64,000 nucleotides of DNA, taken from assembly GCA_951406725.2 (NCBI GenBank), contig OX597815.1, positions 134,540,001 to 134,604,000 on the forward strand, read 5' to 3'. This DNA is from Octopus vulgaris (Eukaryota). Positions within the stretch are counted from its first letter, which is position 1. Each line of letters begins with the position of its first letter. The position numbers were made by a program, and so were the translations under genes. Below the pieces are notes generated by a model that was given only the letters and a program-made list of their open reading frames with translations, had not been told where the DNA came from and did not search any database. This document shows positions 55,921 through 64,000 of the stretch, piece by piece.

Positions 55921-56216
55921 CATATAATTCATGTTCAGTTAATTGACGGAAAGAGACTGGAGAGTTGACAGGTAATAATTATTTTTCATTAAAAAATTGA
56001 TAATCTTTACTTCTTACAGTTTCCATTAGTGCTCTATAAGTAAATGATTAAAGTATCAGTTCATGCCAGCAGAATCTACTGGCGTGAACTGATGGGTCGG
56101 CATGTAACATCTTAAGGTCTATCTTTTTCTCTGATGAAATTATGCTGATAACAATTTTTTTAATAATAATTATTAACTTTCAACTCTCCATTTTATTTCC
56201 TTCAATTAACTGAACA

Positions 56217-56220
<4 letters not shown>
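55921..56220. mobile_element. Fold-back element with a hammerhead split between its arms
   Basis: catgttcagttaattga / tcaattaactgaacatg arms; TTCT-CTGATGA-AATTA on +, TAATg-GAAACTGTA-AGAA on -. Confidence 0.6.
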
Positions 56221-56250
<30 letters not shown>

Positions 56251-56254
<4 letters not shown>

Positions 56255-57091
56255 ACAATTGAGGGTAAAATTAATTAATTAATCAATTTCACCAAGTGTT
56301 CAGTATGTAAAAGGACCATTTAAGGCGAATTCAAAATATTACATTATATAATTAGGGCTTAGTAAAATAAATTACTTTGCCACATACTGAACTTAGTAGA
56401 AATAGCAGCCAAAAAAAATTTTTCCTAGCATTTCTACTACTTAAAGAAAATTTCTCTCAGATAATGTTTACTTCAGACAGCTCACGAAGGTTTGGGGGTA
56501 AATACAGAAAAATATCACAAGTACATAGATCGTTTGAGTACGTCAACGTTTCAAGATTAGCCAAATAAAATCAGCATTTCTTTCGTCAGCTCAAAATTTC
56601 TTAATTTGGATTTGGAAACACTAAAAAAGAAGGAACTTTACCTATCAGCGAACTTGTCGCTTCAGATGAACCACTCCAACTAACAGTGTCAACAAATTCA
56701 AATTGCGCAGGCGTAAAATTCTGCACTCCCCATTCCACCCACGTGGTCTATCCAGCAAACATTATATTTTAACCGCGAGAACCGAGGCAGTATGACCGAG
56801 AGAAATGAATTATAATATCAACAATTGAGGGTAAAATTAATTAATTAATCAATTTCACCAAGTGTTCAGTATGTAAAAGGACCATTTAAGGCGAATTCAA
56901 AATATTACATTATATAATTAGGGCTTAGTAAAATAAATTACTTTGCCACATACTGAACTTAGTAGAAATGGCAGCCAAAAAAAAAATTTCTTTAAGTAGT
57001 AGAAATGCTAAGAAAAATTTTTTTGGCTGCTATTTCTAAAGTTCAGTATGTGGCAAAGTAATTTATTTTACTAAGCCCTAATTATATAATG

Positions 57092-57092
<1 letters not shown>
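56251..57092 (-). mobile_element. Retrozyme/PLE-like element: 566-bp unit, partial direct repeat and inverted end, inside (TA)n
   Basis: The 56251 sequence repeats at 56817; 56985-57092 is the reverse complement of 56341-56453. Confidence 0.85.
56533..56595 (-). ncRNA. Canonical type I hammerhead ribozyme
   Basis: UUUGAG-CUGACGA-AAGA(aau GCUGA uuuuau UUGGC uaa)UCUU-GAAA-CG-uuga-CG-UA^CUCAAA. Confidence 0.85.
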
Positions 57093-57171
<79 letters not shown>

Positions 57172-59239
57172 GTGTGTGTATACGCACATACGAATACACT
57201 TTACGCTTAGATGGGTGGTGTATTGAGAAAATCGGTAGTGCGTCGAACTATGGTATTTCGCAACGTAGTGCGTCGAACTATGGTATTTAGTAACGTCTTT
57301 TTAGTTCCCGAGTTCAAATCCAGCTGGTTCCAACTTTCCTTTCCCTTATTACAGAGTCGATGAATTAAAGTGCCAGTCAAGTTCTGGGTATATTTATAAT
57401 TTTTTAAGGTATATTTGATGTCAGAAAATGTAATGTAAGTTTTTTACTAAAAGATTTTCTAATCGTATCTTCGATCAATATGATAAAAATATTTATTGAT
57501 CGTATATTTTTGGATCATATATATTTCTAGATAAGCATCTATTCCTTAACATTAATATTTGGGCTGTATTATCTTTGCATCATTTCTGCTTTCGTTATCT
57601 TTGAAGTTTATCGCTAGTAAAAATCTGCTATCGGTAACGATATTCAAATGTTATGCGTTGAATACGTGTATAGTGGTATCTGAGGTCAAACACCTTAAGC
57701 TTCAAACAATTCTATGCAGATCACACGATCCTTTATTCTTCTGTATTCAATGATTTTGTTTCTTGTCAGATATCCACTTATTCCATCAACAAGAACCTCT
57801 ACTGTGGATTTTCAATGGGAAACTGACTATCAAACAACACTTAACAAGATCAAACCATATTGATTGCTCTCCACTTCGAAGAAAATTTTCTAAATTAAAA
57901 TAAATTGCGTCTTACACCAGCTAGAAACATCAAGGACGATACGATTTTCTCTTTAGAACTTAAAAAAAATATTTCGATATATTATTACTGTCTTAATTAT
58001 TGTGTTCTTTTACTAGTTGCAGTTATTGGATTCTGGCCATGATGGGGTACCGTATTTAAGCGTTTTGGTCTATTATATATCTACCACTGGTTAGCTACTG
58101 GTTTATATATCGAATGGCTATGTTAATTTCAGTATAAAGGATCACCACTTAACTCACTAGTATCTACATACATTTATATTCACACATATGCATACACATA
58201 CACTGGGCTTCCACACTATCTCCGCCTAACAAATTCCGCCAAAATAGTATTAATCAATATTATGCCAAAGTAGAAGATACTCAATGTACTTACACAGTGG
58301 AATAGAACTTCTAACCATATGGTTGCAAAACGAAATTTCTTAAGCACAAATCTTATCTATTTTTGTTCTTTTTAGCATTTTAATCAGAAAGAGGATCTTA
58401 GCTGACATTTTCAGGCAAGTGAGGTCGATGTGACTGACTTTCAACTGTTGGGAAAACATGGGCAACGGAGAATTCGAGAGTGTTAAAGTTTAGCATACTA
58501 GGCATTGTATTCCTGTTAATAATTGAGACGGTGAGATATAGAAAGGAAGGATAGAGAAGGAGAGGCTGGCAAATAAAAAGGTGACGCGTAGTTTGTTTAT
58601 TCAGATGAGCAGAAACAGTTGAGGCATCGACAGGGAAGAAGAAAAAATATGGAATACGACATGTGCTAGTGTTTGAGTATGAAGGATTACTCATAAGTCG
58701 GATAGATTTGTTTTGTTTTGGATCCGGTGTAATATGTATGTGTAACATCTACTCTGTTCAAAGTATGAGCCATATACTAGAGTTGATGCACACATTATCC
58801 ATTTTATAAGGTTAGCGAATCTTCAATGATGAAGTAGTTTCGGACATTGAAAAGAACTAGCTTTTGAAATGCAGTCTTTGCAATGTTATATATGTATAGC
58901 CTACATCAGTTATAAGATTTTGTGGGACCTAATAAGTGGAAATTTAGCAGTTCTGCTTCAATTCGGTCACGTCCGGATGATTTGCTGATGTCAAGAACAA
59001 TATAATTATTTTCGTTATCTAGAATGAAATAAACTTTGGCATTTTACCGTAACTTGGGTAAATTCTAGTAGAATGAGAGAAAGACTGAAGAATTTAAAGA
59101 GGATAGGAACTAACTTTGGAGTACACTATTTGAGGCTAATCTTCAATTAGTGTGGCATTTTTGGGCTAAAGTGCCCCGTAAAATTTCCTCATATAGTGAT
59201 TTTGGGCACGAGATAGTAAGGTGCATTGGTTCAATAACA

Positions 59240-59660
59240 TAGGCTTCAAATCTTGGCACAAAGCAAGCAATTTCGGAGGAAAGTGTAAGTCGATTACACC
59301 AACCCCAGTACTCAGCTGATACTTATTTTACTGAGTCCAGAAAGATGCAAAAATGAAAGGATGAAAGTCAATACCGCTGAGCATTTTGCCCAGTGTACTA
59401 ACGATTCTGCCTGATCGCCGCCTTAATATTACTATCACAAGTTAAGGCAGTGAGCTGGCAGACGTGTTAAGCACGCCGGGCAAAATGCTGAGCGGCATTT
59501 CGTCCGTCTTTACCTTCAGAGTTCAAATTCTGCCGCGGTCGATATTGCCTTTCATCCCTTAGGGGATGATAAAATAAGTACCATTTGAGCACTGGGTCAA
59601 TGTGCTCAATTTAATCCCTTCCCTAAAATTCTGGCCTTGTGTCAAAATTTGAAACCAATA
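59240..59660. mobile_element. Two diverged SINE B copies head-to-head
   Basis: Minus copy ends cgccgcctt near 59425; plus copy starts aaggcagtgagctggcag near 59444. Confidence 0.75.
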
Positions 59661-62263
59661 TTACCGTAAGTTAATGTTCCTTTGAAGATCAGCGATCTGG
59701 GTTTTTTTAAATATATTTTCTAACCCCACGATAACATTAAAAAAAAAATTGGCTTTTGCTGACTGCATTATTACCTTCAAGATCTCAAGATGCTGCTCAA
59801 CACTTGTAGAGAAGAATGTAAGGATATAAATGGCGTTATTCGCCAAAAAACAGTGATTTGTTACTTTGTATTATAAATATTCACCATGATATCCTTGGCC
59901 GTTGTTAACATCATCTCCTGTGTATCAAAACTAATCAAACTTTCTAAAGATGGGTGCTCTCGATAGCTGGAAAAGTAGTGAGTTCCCTCTCTGCTCGCAC
60001 TGTATGTCGAATACGGAGCGCACTGAATTATCAGCTGAAGGTGGTGTCCTCCAGGGGTTAAATAGCAGTATTGTTTGTTCATAGTGAACACCTATGTTTA
60101 GATGGCGATAAACATTACTTCTCAGTATAGATATTGCTTTAGTCTCTTTAGAGATTTTCTTAGCGAGCTAGCTTGCTTGTTAATCAGATATTGTTTGTTA
60201 AATAGTATTTGAAAAAAAATCTTTTCTCGAAGCATTTCATTAAGAATACATTTCAATTGTTTGTATTCTGCACCCTCCTAGTTTACAATACATTTATCGT
60301 TGCTGCTGCTATGGTTACCGGCAGTTAAAGGTAAAAGATCAAGCATAGTAGCATAATAGCACATTATTGTTTATCACACTTAAGGTCAATATGTGTATTC
60401 TCAAAATATGTCCATGTATTGTTATTTGCACACAGTTCTCACTTTGTGAATTTACGACCCCTAAACCTCTTCTTACGTTTAACAAATGCTGCTCTTTGAC
60501 TATTAACTTCCATGAAATAAATTCGGCTTTGTGTGAAGTTCATCCCGGTATGTTTGCGTTATATTCATATAACTAGTGTACTGATCTCTTTCACCCACCA
60601 CCCATATTATAGCGATTATCCAAGTTATTATTCAGTTCGTAACTCCAAGAAAAATCTACTTTGCAACTCTGGTTCTTCTATGAGTAAAACTAATAAAATT
60701 CTGTTTATCTTTTCCGATATTGTTTACTTTCGGTTATTCCCCGCTAGTGAAACTGTCGTATCAAACTACATTGTAACGATTTTCTGTATGGTGAATTCAG
60801 GTTTGAATATCAGTATGACTTTGAACAAAAGATTTTTTCACTGAATGTGTTCAGAACAATATACAGCAATTTAACAAGGCCGATAGTTGTGGTATTAATG
60901 TTGGTGATAGTATTCAACGAAAATTCGATGAAAAGTTTCTCACGCCAAGCACGTGTCTGGTCAACAGCCGAGTCGTGTGTACAATGTATGTATATATGTA
61001 CGTACGTAGTATGTATGTATGTATGTATGTATGTATGTATGTATGTATGTATGTATGTATGTATGTATGTATGTCCATGAATGTATATATGCATGTATGC
61101 GTATACGTATAAAAGTGTCTGCACAAGTATACATGACCCTGTACACTTGCAAGCTTGTCTTTTAGCGTGTGGTGTGTTTTTACTTACGTGTGTGTTTGTG
61201 TATTTGTGTGTATGTACATATTAGAGGCTAAGTTTCTAGACTATTTTGCATAACCACGTGCCACAATAATCATGGGTTATAAATCTAAAGTTATAGTCCT
61301 AGTGTAATATCTGCAGATTTCTAATTTGCCCTTTTATTTTAATTTTATCTGTTACATTATATTAACAGCTGCTGAACATCACTTGATGGAGAAATCAATT
61401 GATCAGCAGCTGTTAACATGATGTCAGTTGCGCTTACAAGGTACAGAAATTTCGAATTCTTCTTCGCAGAATTCAAGCCAATTACAAAGAAAGTGACAAG
61501 GATTCATTGTTTATGTCAGGGAAGATTCAAGGATTTGTGAATATAGTGAGTGTATGTCTGCAGGTATGTGAATATGAGTGCTTAAGGTTGAATATGCTCT
61601 CAGACGTATAATGGGTGTATTTATGTAATGGATGTGTTTATGTATGTATGCATATATGTGTTTCCGCATACATCTGTGCATGCTTATATGTATATATGTG
61701 TGTATGTATATAATAATGTATGTATATATGTAAACAGAAAAAGAGAGACATAGTGACAAACAGAGAGGATGTAGAAAAAATATATGTATGTATACACACA
61801 GACATAAAGTTTCGATTTATAACGCTGAAAGTATCAGAACAATGATGGCCTAGTATGTAAGGCATAGAGAATTTAGCCACGACATGAGTAGTTCACACCT
61901 TATCATCCGCATTAGGTGGAATCGGTGGCTAAAACACTTCGCAGTGAAATAGTCTTCTTCATCAAGTTGTAAATATAAGATTTAAGGAAACAAATATTTA
62001 GAGGGAAAACAATTCACAAGGGAATGTTTTCTTCTTTTGGATAGACTACAAATACCTTGATTATATAATTTAGGTATGAGTTTACACTCAACAAACTTAA
62101 CATGAGGTTATATAACAAAACTAAGAATAGCATAGAACTTTACATTAATATAGATTCGTCAAACTCAATGGTATTGTATCCTTAGCTGCATAGAATTCTT
62201 CGTAATTAATGAATATATTCACCTAGTGAGGGTTGTCAGTGCATCATAAAGGAGATCATGCTT

Positions 62264-62375
<112 letters not shown>

Positions 62376-62771
62376 TGTGTGTGTGTGCACGCGCGCACAG
62401 TATATTAAAGAAGCTCGCTTCACAACTATCACACGTTCGGTCCCACTGTAGCATTTTGGGCAAATGTGCCAACTCACTCCCTGTGAGTGAATAAACAGAA
62501 TCCACCTCACAGTGGCTTATTACTGAAATTCAAAAGGTACTCTTTCGTCACTCTCTGCAGCACGCTGATTCTACTTGTGGAATGGTCAGCCACTTATATG
62601 TGAATTCAGAAGCAGGTTATTCAGTTGAATAACTAAATCCTTATCGTCAAACTATGACTGTGTGTGTATGTATCTTGTTTAGCCGTCACTCACAAGCGAG
62701 TATAACCTTGTGCTACGCTTCCATTAATACTTTCATCTACTTTTGTAGTTACGTGCATAAACACTTTATAG

Positions 62772-62862
<91 letters not shown>

Positions 62863-62889
62863 AGACCGAAGTGTACGTACGCCGCTATA

Positions 62890-63222
62890 TGTATATAAAA
62901 AAGAATACAAAAATGGGACAAGGACGCAACAGGCGACAACAAGACATCCAGATAGTTAGATGATAGAAAAAGGAAAGAAAAAACGGGCCATTCGGAGTTT
63001 ACTTTCGTCAGTCGAGCGAGTTCCAGATTGTCATTGCAGTTTCAGCTGGTTACTCAAGTATAACCAGCCGAAACTGCAAAGATAATCTGGAACTCGACTG
63101 ACGAAAGAAAACTCCGAATGACCCGTCCTAGTTTTTTCTTGTCCCTTTTTGTATCATCTAACTGTCTGGATGCCTTGTTGTCACCTGTTGCGTTCTTGTC
63201 TCATTTTTGTATTCTTATATAT
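62890..63222. mobile_element. Fold-back element, about 160-bp arms with almost no spacer, between (TA)n arrays
   Basis: Centre ctggttactcaagtataaccag near 63055. Confidence 0.8.
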
Positions 63223-63231
63223 ATATATATA

Positions 63232-64000
63232 CATTAGAACAACACATAGGTATGCTTCTTATGGGAGACTTCAATCTGCCGAATGTCAGATGGCCCGAGG
63301 GCCTTTCTCTCCCAGGAATGACAAGATGTGAACGAGGACAGGCGAGGTCCCTCCTGAACCTCATCAACACCCTGTACATGGAGCAGGTAATACTCCAACC
63401 AACCAGGGCAGGTAACACACTGGATCTCTGCTTCACAAATGACATGGATCTCATCCATAATGTGAAAGTGACACCGACACTACTCTCGGATCACAACATG
63501 ATAGAGCTGACCATGTACGGGCCAAAAGAGAGCACGGACATGCAGCCTACAAGAAACCCTCAAAATCTTTCCAGCTTGAACTACCATAAGGCAAACTGGA
63601 AACAAATTGAGAAAGAGATCCTCAAACAAAACTGGCCTGAATGTCTCTCCTCGCCAGAAACTTCAACAATTCATGTCTGTAATGCAAGCCATATGCTACA
63701 AATGTGTCCCAGAGAGAAAGGCCACTGTACACAAGAACAAAATCCCCAGAGAGAGGAAAATTTTAATGAGACGGCGTACGAAATTTTCAAATCGCCTAAA
63801 CAAACAGATTGAAAGCAGTGAAAAGTCCCGCCTAAAAATAAAACTGTTGGAAATCGAAAAATGTCTGCAACTCTCCCATGAAAAAGAAAGAGCAGACAAA
63901 GAAGCCTGGGCTATAGAAAACATAAAATCTAACCCCAGAACTTTCTACAGGTATGCCAAAGAAACAGCTACAGTGCACTGTAGAATAGGGCCACTCCTTG
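63232..64000 (+). mobile_element. 5'-truncated CR1-like LINE: APE endonuclease C-terminus plus linker; frameshifted; runs off the window
   Basis: MGDFNLP, QPTRAGNTLDLCFTN, LSDHNMIE, NYHKANW. Confidence 0.88.

Overview
AT-rich, microsatellite-dense eukaryotic non-genic DNA. The repeat content (two abundant tRNA-derived SINE families, CR1-like, R4/Dong and Tx1 LINEs, Helitrons, mariner and hAT relics) looks like an Octopus/cephalopod genome, which is inferred and not proven. I found no convincing host exon, and almost all listed ORFs are microsatellite artefacts. The only long intact coding stretch is a young, 5'-truncated Tx1/L1-clade ORF2 (30784-32463) inside a (TCTA)n array. The main signal is a set of about a dozen short non-coding elements, from several dissimilar families, that carry type I hammerhead ribozyme (HHR) motifs (CUGANGA / stem II / GAAA / short, often palindromic stem III / NUH). 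They usually sit next to simple repeats and form fold-back or direct-plus-inverted structures like Penelope-like-element (PLE) pseudo-LTRs or retrozymes. One motif is fully canonical (56533-56595, minus strand) and lies in a 566-bp repeat unit. The window also holds two apparent SINE-LINE partner pairs sharing 3' stem-loop tails, one with the Tx1 LINE, plus TSD-bounded SINE multimers and a 1.5-kb palindrome. All alignments were made by eye.
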